From Phycisphaerae bacterium (GTDB lineage Bacteria; Planctomycetota; Phycisphaerae; WQYP01), in assembly GCA_049977145.1 (NCBI GenBank), contig JBMFGW010000004.1, positions 4,791 to 68,790 of the forward strand: a stretch of 64,000 nucleotides of DNA. The letters run 5' to 3'. The notes beneath the pieces were generated by a model. That model was not told the origin of the DNA, made no database searches, and was given only the letters and a program-made list of their open reading frames with translations. Positions 31,505 to 42,101 of the stretch are shown one piece after another. How positions within the stretch are numbered: the stretch's first letter is position 1; every line of letters begins with the position of its first letter. Position numbers and translations under genes: made by a program.

Positions 31505-32887
31505 TCAGGCATCCAGGCGCGCGTGCTGGGGCAAAACCTGCCCGCCCGGCACATGCAGCGGCGCATCATCCGGCCCATGCTGAATTTTGCGATTAAGCAT
31601 GAAGATAAACAACGCAAAAAGCAGCGCATACAATAACCCGAACATGATGATGCTGGTCAGCACATCGCCGGCCGGCAGACCGGGCGATACCGCCTGACTG
31701 GTGCGCAAAATGCCGTACACGATCCAAGGCTGGCGGCCAACCTCAGTGGAAAACCAGCCCAACTCATTGGCGGCTAAAGGCGCGAGGACGGAAAATACAA
31801 AAATCCATAATAACCAGCGCTTATTCCACAAGCTTCCCCGCCACCAGAAAAATGCGCCCACCAAGCTAATAGCGATGAGAAACATTCCCAAGCCGACCAT
31901 AGCATGATAAGACTGAAACACCGGATTTACCGGCGGCCAGTTTTTAGCTGGAAAAGCATCCAATCCTTCCACTGGATGTTGCGTGTTGCCGTAAAGCAGC
32001 CAGCTTAGCATCCCGGGAAGTTCCAAACCATATACTTTTTGTCGAGCCTGATCCACCCATCCCATAATTCCCAGCCCTTCCGGGGCCTCGGCGGGAAAGG
32101 CTCCCTCAAAGGCGGCAAGTTTTGCAGGTTGATATTTGGCGATCATCCGGGCGTTAAAATCGCCGGTTAACAACTGCAATAAAGAACAAACCAGCGCGAC
32201 GCTCAAGCCGATTTTCATACAGGAACGCGCGATTTCCGTATGTCGGTTCTTGAGAAGATACCACGCCGCAACGCTAAGCACCAGAAACGCCCCGGATAAG
32301 AAAGCCCCAATAAGCACATGTTCCAAGCGATCCATCGTGGAATGATTCAACACTACTTGCCAGAAGTTGGTCATTTTTGCGTAAAGGACCTGGCCCTGGC
32401 CATTTTTTACCAAGACAAAGCCCGCCGGTGTCTGCATCCACGAATTGGCGACATTAATCCACAGGGCGCTGAATATCGACCCCAGTGAAACCATGACCGT
32501 GGAGAAAAAGTGCGTTTTCGGTCCGACCCGATCCCATCCAAATAGCAGCACGGAAAGAAAACCCGATTCGAGAAAAAAAGCGAAAATGCCTTCGGCGGCC
32601 AGCGGCGCGCCAAATATATCACCGACAAACCGCGAATAGGTTGCCCAGTTGGTTCCAAATTCAAATTCCATCACGATGCCGGTCGCCACGCCCAAACCAA
32701 AGGTTAGCGCAAAAATACCCGTCCAAAACCGCGTCATCTGTTCCCACTTCTGGTCGCGGGTTTTGATATACATTCCCTCCATGATTACCAGCATGACTCC
32801 CAGACCGATGCTTAACAGCGGAAAGAGATAATGAAATGACACCGTCAGGCCAAATTGAATACGTGAGAGCAACAATGTATTCATCAT
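31505..32887 (-). CDS. cydA: Cytochrome bd ubiquinol oxidase subunit I
   Basis: CydA signature N-terminus ([24 protein letters not shown]) with a Q-loop region. Confidence 0.9.
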   Translation of the reverse strand: MMNTLLLSRIQFGLTVSFHYLFPLLSIGLGVMLVIMEGMYIKTRDQKWEQMTRFWTGIFALTFGLGVATGIVMEFEFGTNWATYSRFVGDIFGAPLAAEGIFAFFLESGFLSVLLFGWDRVGPKTHFFSTVMVSLGSIFSALWINVANSWMQTPAGFVLVKNGQGQVLYAKMTNFWQVVLNHSTMDRLEHVLIGAFLSGAFLVLSVAAWYLLKNRHTEIARSCMKIGLSVALVCSLLQLLTGDFNARMIAKYQPAKLAAFEGAFPAEAPEGLGIMGWVDQARQKVYGLELPGMLSWLLYGNTQHPVEGLDAFPAKNWPPVNPVFQSYHAMVGLGMFLIAISLVGAFFWWRGSLWNKRWLLWIFVFSVLAPLAANELGWFSTEVGRQPWIVYGILRTSQAVSPGLPAGDVLTSIIMFGLLYALLFALFIFMLNRKIQHGPDDAPLHVPGGQVLPQHARLDA

Positions 32888-33070
32888 ATAACCCCATCAA
32901 AAACAAATCATCCATCTATTCGAAGCATCCTGCACGCCGGGTACGAAAAAAACGGATGGAGGTACCAAACCGAGACTTGGCGAGGCGCCTTCATCCTGGT
33001 GGCGGCGTTTATGCCGTCGGTTTTGCCCATGCGTCGGGGAGAATTGCCCCCGCCCGCAACTGGTGTTATA

Positions 33071-33097
33071 CCGACACTTGACTAAATAGTGTATCGG
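33071..33097. promoter_or_regulatory. Imperfect palindrome in the cydA-rrf2 divergent region (candidate Rrf2 operator)
   Basis: CCGACACTtgactaaatAGTGTaTCGG is about 40 nt upstream of the Rrf2 gene start. Confidence 0.25.
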
Positions 33098-33137
33098 AAG
33101 TAAAATTGGATTTCAAGAGTTAAATATCAAGCTGTGT

Positions 33138-33608
33138 ATGGTGACAATGCTTTCTCAAACTAGTGAATATGCTCTGCGAGTCGTGGTCTATTTGGCGCAA
33201 TGCCGGGGGAAGCCGGTTACCAACCGCATTATCTCGGTCGGTACGCTGGTACCGCGGGGGTACTTGGCCAAAGTGCTCCAGACGCTTTCCCGCGCCGGTC
33301 TGGTGAAATCCCAGCGCGGCTTGCATGGTGGAACGATATTAGCCCGCACGCCGGAGGCTTTGACACTTTTTGATGTGGTGCAGGCGGTCGATCCTATTCG
33401 CAGAATTGACACTTGCCCACTGGCTCTGGCGGCCCATGGCCGACACCTCTGTCCGTTGCACTCCCGACTGGATCAAGCCATTGCCGGCATTGAGAAAATA
33501 CTGCGTGACTCCACCATTGCTGATTTGATGGAATTCAATACCAACCAGTATCCAATGGGCCTCTGCCAAGTGCCAAAGACCGTCAGCCAACGCAAAATAC
33601 GGCGCTAA
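33138..33608 (+). CDS. Rrf2-family transcriptional regulator (IscR/NsrR-like)
   Basis: N-terminal wHTH (LSQTSEYALRVVVYLAQ..., SQRGLHGG) and Cys residues in the C-terminal half. It is divergent from cydAB. Confidence 0.85.
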   Translation: MVTMLSQTSEYALRVVVYLAQCRGKPVTNRIISVGTLVPRGYLAKVLQTLSRAGLVKSQRGLHGGTILARTPEALTLFDVVQAVDPIRRIDTCPLALAAHGRHLCPLHSRLDQAIAGIEKILRDSTIADLMEFNTNQYPMGLCQVPKTVSQRKIRR

Positions 33609-33949
33609 AGCGTAGCAAAATAATATTATATGCCCTGGCACCGCTCTGGACACCCGCATCACAATTATGATGGTTATGGGTTTCCACCCCTAGCTGCCAA
33701 AGATCGCCGGGCGACGCGATCTTACCTGCCGCCGCGGGTGCTACCGGTCGTGGCCTCGTGTGTGGCAAATTCGTGTGCGTGAACGGTTACGGCGCAACTT
33801 GCATCAACGGCGGAGTTTGTGCGTTAAGCATTATAGGGGCGTAAGCTCCGCCGACGCGGTAAAGTTTGTTCGCGGTATGGATTGAATGAAATGGATATTG
33901 TCGCAAAACCATCCGCGGACCGCCCCGGAATCAAGTACGGAGATTTATT

Positions 33950-34921
33950 ATGCGAGATACAACAGGTCGCGGCTTGTCGGCTTTTACGCTCATCGAATTA
34001 CTGGTGGTCATTTCCATCATCGCCTTGTTAATTTCCATCTTGCTGCCCGCACTGGCGCAGGCGCGAGGTGATGCCAACGCGGTGGTTTGCGAAAGCAATA
34101 TCCGGCAGTTACTCACCGGACTGCGCGAATACGTGCAGAGCGATGACGGTTATTTTCCACTCAACGGGATTTTATTCCCCCACGTTGCAAACTCCGCGAC
34201 CAATCCAACCGCATTGGAAACCAGTATCTGGGCCAATCCGCAGGATTATAATTTGTATTATGGCGCACTGTATCCGTTCATGGCTGGAATTCCGCAGGCA
34301 CCGATGGTCCCTGATCTTCTGGGGACGGGTGTGGCTCCCGCCAACAGCATCGCGGCGACTCTGAATCTTAATCCGCTTCATAATAAATTCGCCCGCGTAT
34401 TTATGTGTCCGGTGGATAATGGTATGCGCACCAGCTCCAATGCCGTTCGAATGGCTCCGGATGGCCGTACCGTTGAGCCTATTGGTCCCGGCTCCGGAGG
34501 CTTCTGGAGTTATTCGATTAATTCGCTCCTGAATTCACAATCCAAGGTCTTGCCTACCATATTCGGCAATGCTGCGGGAGCCGGAACGGGAATCTATAGT
34601 ACACCTTGGAGTTATCCCATTCACGACGCTACGATCACCAATGCCAGATTTCTGGTTTTTATTGAAGAATCAGCCCAATTATCCGATTTCAATGATGAGG
34701 TCATGGACCCGGTTGGATACAATCCCGGTGATTGGCTGAGTTCCCGCCATGATGGCGGCGGCCACTTGGGTTTCTGGGATGGGCATGTCGAATGGATGTC
34801 GCAAGTTGAATATCATAATCCTCCCAGCGCCACGGCTGGTGGCGTTACAGGTTCCGCAGCACTTGAAATCGCCATGCAGGATCCGCTGTTTCGGATGTTC
34901 ATACCGAATATCAATAATTAA
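33950..34921 (+). CDS. DUF1559 prepilin-type N-terminal cleavage/methylation domain protein with H-X9-DG motif
   Basis: N-terminus GLSAFTLIELLVVISIIALLISILLPAL and C-terminal SRHDGGGHLGFWDGHVEW (H-X9-DG). This family is typical of Planctomycetota and Verrucomicrobiota. Confidence 0.85.
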   Translation: MRDTTGRGLSAFTLIELLVVISIIALLISILLPALAQARGDANAVVCESNIRQLLTGLREYVQSDDGYFPLNGILFPHVANSATNPTALETSIWANPQDYNLYYGALYPFMAGIPQAPMVPDLLGTGVAPANSIAATLNLNPLHNKFARVFMCPVDNGMRTSSNAVRMAPDGRTVEPIGPGSGGFWSYSINSLLNSQSKVLPTIFGNAAGAGTGIYSTPWSYPIHDATITNARFLVFIEESAQLSDFNDEVMDPVGYNPGDWLSSRHDGGGHLGFWDGHVEWMSQVEYHNPPSATAGGVTGSAALEIAMQDPLFRMFIPNINN

Positions 34922-35649
34922 CGGCGGCGCAGCAACGCCGAGGCTCCGCCCCGGACCTGCTGCCCGATATGCACTAGGCATTCCCACGCTTCCGGGTTGG
35001 GAACAATTAATTCAGTTCGGCTGCCAAACACAATGATACCGAAGCGTTCTCCTCGCTGTAATGGCGTTCCCGCTGTGGCGGCGCAGATGATCCGTCGGGC
35101 GATGGCTCCAACAATTTGGCGGACAATGGCCACAGGCGGATGCTCCGCGGCGGGCGACACTTTGAGCACCAGCGTATTGGCCTGATTCCGCAGGCCGGCC
35201 TGCGGGTTGCGGGCATCCAGAAATTCACCGGGCGTAAAATGCGTTGACGCCACCACGCCCGCGCAGGGGCTTCGATTAATATGCACATCCAATACGCTAA
35301 GAAATATCCCGATGCGCAAGGCCGGACCGCTAAGACCCTCATACTCCTGTAGCCGGGTAATTTCCACAATTTTTCCGTCCGCCGGCGAAACCATCAGTCC
35401 CGGCGACGCGGGAATTGTCCGCAGTGGATCCCGAAAAAACAACATGCACGCCAGGGTGATGATGGCGGCGAGGCCCGCCAGTATCGGCGTGACCAAAAAA
35501 AGAATCCCCGTCAGCACCACGCCGGTGGTCAGCATGGGCAGCCAATACCGCCAGGCCAAAAGGGAAAGTGGAAACCAAACCCGCTGTTTACGCATAGCCG
35601 TTGTCCAAACTCTGAATTCCCGCACGTCGGCCGCGGGAAAATCCCGCAT
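34918..35649 (-). CDS. psd: Phosphatidylserine decarboxylase-family proenzyme (short form)
   Basis: N-terminal TM helices, FLSVLDVHINRSP (Psd FLSP-DYHR-like motif) and a C-terminal GS cleavage motif (FGSRTELIVP). Confidence 0.65.
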   Translation of the reverse strand: MRDFPAADVREFRVWTTAMRKQRVWFPLSLLAWRYWLPMLTTGVVLTGILFLVTPILAGLAAIITLACMLFFRDPLRTIPASPGLMVSPADGKIVEITRLQEYEGLSGPALRIGIFLSVLDVHINRSPCAGVVASTHFTPGEFLDARNPQAGLRNQANTLVLKVSPAAEHPPVAIVRQIVGAIARRIICAATAGTPLQRGERFGIIVFGSRTELIVPNPEAWECLVHIGQQVRGGASALLRRR

Positions 35650-35657
35650 ACAATCTT

Positions 35658-37583
35658 TCAGCGTTCATGCGGTTCCTCAAGATAGGTATAACCCTGCAGA
35701 CCGGAATCATAGAACCGCAGCAGCAGGGCGGATTCTTCAATGGAAATGGTTTTATCGCGTACCGCGCGTTCCACATCACGGTGCATACGGCCCATGAGCT
35801 CATCGGTATTATATTGCACGTATTGCAGCACCTCGCGTACGGAATCGCCGCGCACGATCTCATCGACATGGATTTCCCCCGCCTCATCAAGCTCGACATG
35901 CACCGCATTGGTATCGCCCAGCAGATTGTGCAGATCTCCGAGGATTTCCTGGTACGCTCCCACAAGAAAAGCCCCGATAAAATAATCGGAGCCGTTATAT
36001 TCGTGCAGTTCCAGCGTCTTTTTCACATCCCGCAGGTCAATGAAACAATCTATTTTCCCGTCGCTGTCACAGGTGATATCGGCCAGCACCCCACGGCGCG
36101 TTGGCTCTTCGGCCAGACGATGAATGGGCATAATCGGAAAAAGCTGGTTGATGGCCCAGGAATCGGGCATAGACTGAAACAGCGAGAAGTTGCAAAAATA
36201 GGTGTCGGAAAGCTGGGATTCCAGGGTCTCAAAATCATCCCCGACATACTCAATTTCCTTGAGGACCTTCAGGATTTTCCCGCACACGCTCCAATACAGT
36301 TTTTCCGTAAGACTGCGCAATTCCAGACTCAGGTAGCCGAGATTAAATAAATTCAACGCCTCATCACGCTGTTGCGACGCATCGTGATATACTTCCAGAA
36401 AGTTTTTTTTGTTCACATCCCGCCAGGAATCAAAAAGATCTTTGACCGGCTGGGGAATATCCTCGCCCGTCGGCAGTTCGTGCGGCACATCAAAATAATC
36501 AAAACCGCTTACGCCCAGTACATTAAATATCAGCAGGCTGTGGTAGGCCACCATCGCCCGACCGCTTTCACTGAGGATCGTCGGATGTTTAATACCGCAC
36601 TCATCACACACGGATTGGATGCGGAATATCACGTCGCCGGCGTATTCGCGCAGCGTATAGTTCGTGGACGATTCAAAGTTGGTCTGGCTGCCGTCATAAT
36701 CCACGCCCAGCCCGCCGCCGACATCCAGATATTCCATGCCCGCGCCGGCCCGCGCCAGTTCACAATAAACGCGGGCGGCTTCATTCAAGGCGTTCTTGAC
36801 GGTACGGATATTGGTAATCTGACTGCCGAGATGAAAGTGCAGCAGTTTGAGGCAGTCCTGCATATTGCGCGCTTTGAGATAATCCAGGGCGCGTAATATT
36901 TCCGCCACAAAAAGACCAAATTTGCTGCGGGCGCCACCGGAGGATTCCCAACGACCACTCCCGCGGGTGGCCAGTTTCACACGCATGCCCATTTGCGGAC
37001 GCACGCCGTGTTTTTCCCCGTATTTAAGCAGGAGTTCCAATTCGGTGAATTTTTCAATCACCGGAATGATTTTTTTGCCCAGTTTTTGTGCCAGCACCAC
37101 GGTTTCAATGAATTCGTCATCTTTAAAACCATTGCAGATAATCGGCGTATCTTTGCCGTTGGTCAGGGCCAGCACCACCAGTAATTCGGGTTTACTGCCG
37201 GCTTCCAGCCCCCAACCGTATGGCGTACCAACTTCCAGAATTTCCTCCACCACATGCCGCTGCTGATTGACTTTAATGGGATAAACGCACAGATATTTAC
37301 CCTGGTAATTATTTTCCTGAATGGCGTTCTGAAAGGCGTCGTGCATTTCCGCCAGGCGGTGCCGGAGTATGCCGTTGAAACGGATCAGCGTGGGCAGTTG
37401 GATATCCCGCATAATCAATTGATCCACCAGTTTTTTCAGATCAATGGAACGCTGCGGATTTTTTTCCGGATGCACCGCCACATTACCTTCCGGGTTGATG
37501 GAAAAATATCCTTTACCCCAGTTGTTGATACCATAGGTATCAATGGAATCTTGAATGGACCAGCCGGTAGAGAGATTCATCAC
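35658..37583 (-). CDS. speA: Biosynthetic arginine decarboxylase SpeA
   Basis: 641 aa. PLP-dependent fold III with a SpeA-specific N-terminus (YGINNWGKGYFSINPEGNV) and a PIKVNQ motif. Confidence 0.9.
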   Translation of the reverse strand: MMNLSTGWSIQDSIDTYGINNWGKGYFSINPEGNVAVHPEKNPQRSIDLKKLVDQLIMRDIQLPTLIRFNGILRHRLAEMHDAFQNAIQENNYQGKYLCVYPIKVNQQRHVVEEILEVGTPYGWGLEAGSKPELLVVLALTNGKDTPIICNGFKDDEFIETVVLAQKLGKKIIPVIEKFTELELLLKYGEKHGVRPQMGMRVKLATRGSGRWESSGGARSKFGLFVAEILRALDYLKARNMQDCLKLLHFHLGSQITNIRTVKNALNEAARVYCELARAGAGMEYLDVGGGLGVDYDGSQTNFESSTNYTLREYAGDVIFRIQSVCDECGIKHPTILSESGRAMVAYHSLLIFNVLGVSGFDYFDVPHELPTGEDIPQPVKDLFDSWRDVNKKNFLEVYHDASQQRDEALNLFNLGYLSLELRSLTEKLYWSVCGKILKVLKEIEYVGDDFETLESQLSDTYFCNFSLFQSMPDSWAINQLFPIMPIHRLAEEPTRRGVLADITCDSDGKIDCFIDLRDVKKTLELHEYNGSDYFIGAFLVGAYQEILGDLHNLLGDTNAVHVELDEAGEIHVDEIVRGDSVREVLQYVQYNTDELMGRMHRDVERAVRDKTISIEESALLLRFYDSGLQGYTYLEEPHER

Positions 37584-37714
37584 CTTTGTGACTCCCGTTT
37601 TGCGAAGGGCTTTTCGTGCGCCTCGCGGATTACCAACCCCTGGTGAGCATAAAAAGCCGACTCGGATCCGGAGTTTTGCAGCGCCTTTTTCCTATCCGGC
37701 CCGCCGCCTGAACA

Positions 37715-38062
37715 CTACCAATTCTCATCACAACCAAAACTGCGGCGCGCTTCTTCCAACCAGGCCCGAACCACGGGGCGATTAACATAGAAGTATACGC
37801 TGTTGCATTGCCGCCGCCACTTCACCAGCCCGGCCAGCCGCAGCACCTTTAAGTGATGCGACACCGTCGGCTGCGTAAGGCCAAGTTCTTCCGCCAACTC
37901 AATAACATTGTACATCTCCTGACAGATTGCCGCGCAAGGCAGCATCTGCATGATGCGTACACGCGTTGGCTCACCGAGCGCATTGAAAATTGCGGCAACA
38001 TGTTCATCATTCCGGAGCAACCGGGAGGATTTTGGCAATGCACGCGCCGACGCCCTGGCCAT
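37715..38062 (-). CDS. ArsR/SmtB-family transcriptional regulator
   Basis: HTH (LGEPTRVRIMQML...ELAEELGLTQPTVSHHLKVLRLAGLV). Confidence 0.8.
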   Translation of the reverse strand: MARASARALPKSSRLLRNDEHVAAIFNALGEPTRVRIMQMLPCAAICQEMYNVIELAEELGLTQPTVSHHLKVLRLAGLVKWRRQCNSVYFYVNRPVVRAWLEEARRSFGCDENW

Positions 38063-38077
38063 ATACGGGTTCCTGAA

Positions 38078-39691
38078 TCATGCCCCCGGCAACGATAATG
38101 CCGACAGGACAAACGTTTTAACAACTTCAATTCCCGAATCCTTATGCAGCGCCGCCAGACATTCCGCCGACGGCGGCGTATCGAGCTTCAACAGCATCAG
38201 CGCCTTGTCCCTTTTGCGGCTGATGGTCATGTCCGCGATGTTAATGTTATGCTGGCCGAAGGTGTAGCCCACAAAACCAATCACCCCCGGGCGATCTTTA
38301 TTCACAATGAGCGTCATGGCGCCTTCCGGCACCATGTCCATCCAATAACCTTTGATGGCCAGGACCCGCGGCAAATTATCAGCGAACACCGTGCCGATAA
38401 TGGAATGTCGTTTATCGCCTTCGGTGATTTCCAGTTCAATGCTATGCTGCAGTGTGCGCTGCATCGCCTGTCCCATGGTTTCCTGCCGGATGCTTATACC
38501 GCGCTGCTCCGCCAGATGCAGCACATTGACCACATTGGGAACCTGTTCAATGTGCCCTCTTAATAGTTCAATAACCGCCAGGCGTTGCAAAGTTGCAGCA
38601 ATGCGTTTAGGCATTTCACCATTGGTTCGCAGGGTAATGGAACTGAATCCCTGATCCACAATGGCGCCAAGAATAATGCCCATGCGCTGGGCCAGATCGG
38701 CATACGCCTTCTCCGGCGCCGAGAGATTCATTTCAATACCGCCCGCATTGACCGCGCCTTCAATGCCCTCCCCGCGCAGATACAGCAGAATTTCATTGAC
38801 CGCATCAACCGACACCGCCGTCTGCGCTTCATTGGTGCTCGCTCCGAGATGGGGCGTCAGCAGCATCTTGTCTCCCAGGGAAAACAAGGGTGAATCTTTG
38901 GCGGGCGGTTCAAGCTCATACACATCCAGTGCCGCCCCGGCAACATAGCCCGCGGCAATGGCCGCCGCCAGGTCTTTTTCGCTGATCACGCCGCCGCGCG
39001 CACAATTGATGAACCGTACGCCTTTTTTGCACAAAGCTATCTTGCTAGCATCAATAAGACCTTTGGTTTTATCCCCCGGCACATGCACGGTGATGTAATC
39101 GCACTGCGGCAGCAGCGATTCTAGATCATGCGTCATGGAAACCTGCCCATCCAGAGCGTTATCGGCAAAAAAGAATGGATCAAACGCCACCACTTTCATC
39201 TCCAGCCCCAGCGCCCGCTTGGCCACCGCGCGGCCAATGCGGCCAAAACCGATGATCCCCAGCGTCTTCCCCGCCAACTGCGTGCCCATGAATTTGTTGC
39301 GTTCCCACAGCCCCGCGCGAACATGCGCGTCGGCGGCGGCGAGTTTCCGCGATAACGCCAGCATCAGCCCGATCGCATGCTCCGCAGTGGTAATGGTATT
39401 GGCATCCGGCGTATTCATCACCAGCACGCCCGCCTTGGTGGCGGCGGTTACATCCACATTGTCAACACCCACCCCCGCACGGGCAATAGCCTTGAGACGA
39501 CCGGGTTTTTCCAGTTCCGCCGCCTTGATCTTCACACCGCTGCGAATAATAACTCCGTCATGGTTGCCGATCTCAGCAGCCAATTCACCGGGGTTCCACT
39601 TGGGCTTGTTTGTTACCTGCACATCCGGCTGCGCTCTTAGCAGGTCCAGCCCATCATCCGCAATTTTGTCCGCAACCAGAATCTTGATCAT
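38078..39691 (-). CDS. serA: D-3-phosphoglycerate dehydrogenase SerA with C-terminal ACT domain
   Basis: NAD-binding GxGxxG (GIIGFGRIGRAV), catalytic His/Arg region, and a C-terminal ASB/ACT region. 537 aa. Confidence 0.9.
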   Translation of the reverse strand: MIKILVADKIADDGLDLLRAQPDVQVTNKPKWNPGELAAEIGNHDGVIIRSGVKIKAAELEKPGRLKAIARAGVGVDNVDVTAATKAGVLVMNTPDANTITTAEHAIGLMLALSRKLAAADAHVRAGLWERNKFMGTQLAGKTLGIIGFGRIGRAVAKRALGLEMKVVAFDPFFFADNALDGQVSMTHDLESLLPQCDYITVHVPGDKTKGLIDASKIALCKKGVRFINCARGGVISEKDLAAAIAAGYVAGAALDVYELEPPAKDSPLFSLGDKMLLTPHLGASTNEAQTAVSVDAVNEILLYLRGEGIEGAVNAGGIEMNLSAPEKAYADLAQRMGIILGAIVDQGFSSITLRTNGEMPKRIAATLQRLAVIELLRGHIEQVPNVVNVLHLAEQRGISIRQETMGQAMQRTLQHSIELEITEGDKRHSIIGTVFADNLPRVLAIKGYWMDMVPEGAMTLIVNKDRPGVIGFVGYTFGQHNINIADMTISRKRDKALMLLKLDTPPSAECLAALHKDSGIEVVKTFVLSALSLPGA

Positions 39692-40136
39692 CTTAAAAAT
39701 CCATTTTCAATACCATAATAACCCATTTCGCCTTTCGGAGATCGTCATAACCCCACCCCGAAAACAAAGAGTATAGAACAAAGTTTCCCCATGGCCAAGC
39801 GCTGCGCGGAGGCTGTATCCGTTTGCGCGCAACCGTAGTCGATGGCGCACCGCACCAAGATGATACCCCGCAGAGCTGAAAGCCGGAATCCGGCATTGGC
39901 CATCGGATATTTTCGGGAAGCAAAGTATTACCCAATCCTTCTAACTTCTAACTCCTAAACCTGTAACCTAAGTAACCCCATCGCCGTCCCCGCCATTACT
40001 TGGACCAGCGCATGGAGCACCGCGATACTAATGCGGCGCCGTATAGACATTCATGGCGGGTGCGGCATCGGTTATCATTATTTGCGATATTCGGGATAAT
40101 GGGGACTGACGACGGGAACTATTTTGGAGACTACGT

Positions 40137-41489
40137 ATGCTGGAGGATCAGACCGCTTTATCCGAAAAATCTCCGGCCGCACCAGCGCCGCCGGTACTGG
40201 TGCGCTGGTTATATAATCTACGCATTGGATGGGAAATTCTCCGTGCGCGGCGGGTGGAGGATCGCACCGGGCAACAGGCGGCGGCGATGACGTACAACAC
40301 TCTTTTCAGTCTGTTACCGGTAATGGTATTGCTGCTGGTCTTGATGTCTCTGGTGCTGACCAAGCAACAGATTCATCATGAGGAAATGGCGCTCGTACAT
40401 CGGCTGGGTTTAAGCCAGCTTTCCACCCGGGGTGTTACCGGCGCCACGACCAAGCCACAATTTATTGTCCAGACCATCATCCATCAGATTGATAAAATGC
40501 GCACGGTGCTGCGCTCTCCAGGCACAGGTATCGTTGGTTTTATCACCTTGCTCTGGGCGGCCATCAGCCTGATGCACGTCATCGAAACCGCGTTTAATCG
40601 TATCTACCGCGTAACGGAAAATCGCCCATGGACACGCAAGGTTACGCTGTATTGGTGCGTGCTTTCGCTGGGGCCGCTGGCGGTGGCCGCGTCGCTTTTT
40701 GCCTCCGCCAAACTCATCGCGATGGCCGACGCGCTGCATCTAAGTGCGGCGGTATTCACTCCGTTTGGCATTCTGGTGAGTTATGCCGGGGATTGGGCCT
40801 TAATTTTTGTGATTTATAAATTAATACCCAACACGATTGTCCGGTGGAAAGCCGCGGCCGTAGGCGCTTTGGCCGCCACGTTTTTGTGGGAGGCGGGAAA
40901 ATATGGTTTCGGCTTTTACGTTCATGATTTGGCGGGATATGGTAAATGGTATGGCAATCTGGGACTGATCCCACTATTTATGCTGTGGATATTTTTGACG
41001 TGGAACTTTCTGCTGCTCGGCCTGGAAATTGCTTTTATCCAACAGTTTTTTCCGATACTCAAACGCCGTTTTATCATGCACCGGGGCGGACGTTCCACGT
41101 TGACCGATAGCCGCTGGATTTTGCCGCTGGCCATTTTGATGGTGCATCGTTTTGAGGAAGGCAAGAAACTCACGGCGGAAATGGCGGCCAATGAATTGGG
41201 TTTGGCGCTGGAACCAGTGGTGGAAATGCTCTCTTCGCTGGCGAAAGCGGGGCTGATACTGCCGGTTGGCGGACAACCGCAGCAATATGTGCTGGCCAAG
41301 GCGCCGGAAAACATTGGCGTGGCGGAAATCCTGCATGCCGTTGCAGACGGCTGCCACACAATTACTGATTCCATGGCGACGACCGAGGAAGAGCATGTCC
41401 TGCGGCGTCCGCGTTTACGGGAGTTTTATGATCTTGAATCGCAATGGGGAAAACATCATACACTGGCGGAACTGGCGGCGCGTACCTAA
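40137..41489 (+). CDS. YihY/BrkB-family membrane protein fused to a C-terminal Rrf2-like winged-helix domain
   Basis: YihY polytopic core of about 300 aa, then a 150-aa tail (LTAEMAANELGLALEPVVEMLSSLAKAGLILPVGGQPQQYVLAKAPENIGVAEILHAV) that resembles an Rrf2/BadM wHTH. Confidence 0.7.
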   Translation: MLEDQTALSEKSPAAPAPPVLVRWLYNLRIGWEILRARRVEDRTGQQAAAMTYNTLFSLLPVMVLLLVLMSLVLTKQQIHHEEMALVHRLGLSQLSTRGVTGATTKPQFIVQTIIHQIDKMRTVLRSPGTGIVGFITLLWAAISLMHVIETAFNRIYRVTENRPWTRKVTLYWCVLSLGPLAVAASLFASAKLIAMADALHLSAAVFTPFGILVSYAGDWALIFVIYKLIPNTIVRWKAAAVGALAATFLWEAGKYGFGFYVHDLAGYGKWYGNLGLIPLFMLWIFLTWNFLLLGLEIAFIQQFFPILKRRFIMHRGGRSTLTDSRWILPLAILMVHRFEEGKKLTAEMAANELGLALEPVVEMLSSLAKAGLILPVGGQPQQYVLAKAPENIGVAEILHAVADGCHTITDSMATTEEEHVLRRPRLREFYDLESQWGKHHTLAELAART

Positions 41490-41589
41490 ATTGATTGGCG
41501 CCGGATGGGTTGATATAAAGATAGATTCCCAAACCTGTTTAATGCCACTTGGGGCCGGCGCCTACAGCTCCTTTAACCAATTCCGGATT

Positions 41590-42060
41590 CTAAAACAATC
41601 CCGCCGCAACGCCGCCGCACCCATAAAGCCGCGACCGCGGGTCGCGCCCCGTTTACCCCGTACACACCGCGTACCTTCGCATCGTGAAACATTGCCGGTA
41701 GTCCGTTACGGATTCGATCGGACAAATGCGTTAAACAAGAGCCGTTTTCGGATTAGCGCGGCCACCCGTTCGCGCGTTTTGGTCGTGGCGTCGCCGCACC
41801 CGTCAAATGTGAACAGCCCGGAGACATCGGCGTTGTGGAACCTTCCAATGTGCGCAATGGACCGCCGGTGGCCGTTGACGCCGAGCGTGGCAATTTTTCC
41901 GGGCCACGCAGCGGTGCGGGAGCTAATTACGTCCCCGTTTCACTTCGCACCCGCCCGCCGCCATCACCTTTTAGCCGCGGGCATTGTGCCGCGCGTCCCC
42001 GTTTATTCCATCCCTCCGCAGCCCTTGCGACGAGCGCATAATTTTCCCAGAAATCAACGG
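41590..42060. repeat. Degenerate copy 1 of a ~550-bp intercassette repeat
   Basis: It shares CATAAAGCCGCGACCgcgGGTCGCGCCCCGTTTA and CCTTTTAGCCGCG blocks with copies 2 and 3, and lies just 3' of vapBC. Confidence 0.5.
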
Positions 42061-42101
42061 AGAACCACGGCGATGACAATTGTGAAAGTTGGGATCCACG
42101 C

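Noticed and set aside
35667-37646. Plus-strand ORFs (35667-36350, 36372-36896, 36922-37266, 37254-37646) inside speA
   Set aside because: Antisense to a highly conserved arginine decarboxylase gene. Typical GC-rich shadow frames.
37584-37714. Possible terminator or attenuator between arsR and speA (CCGAcTCGG followed by TTTT)
   Set aside because: Only a 4-bp stem. Too weak to call.
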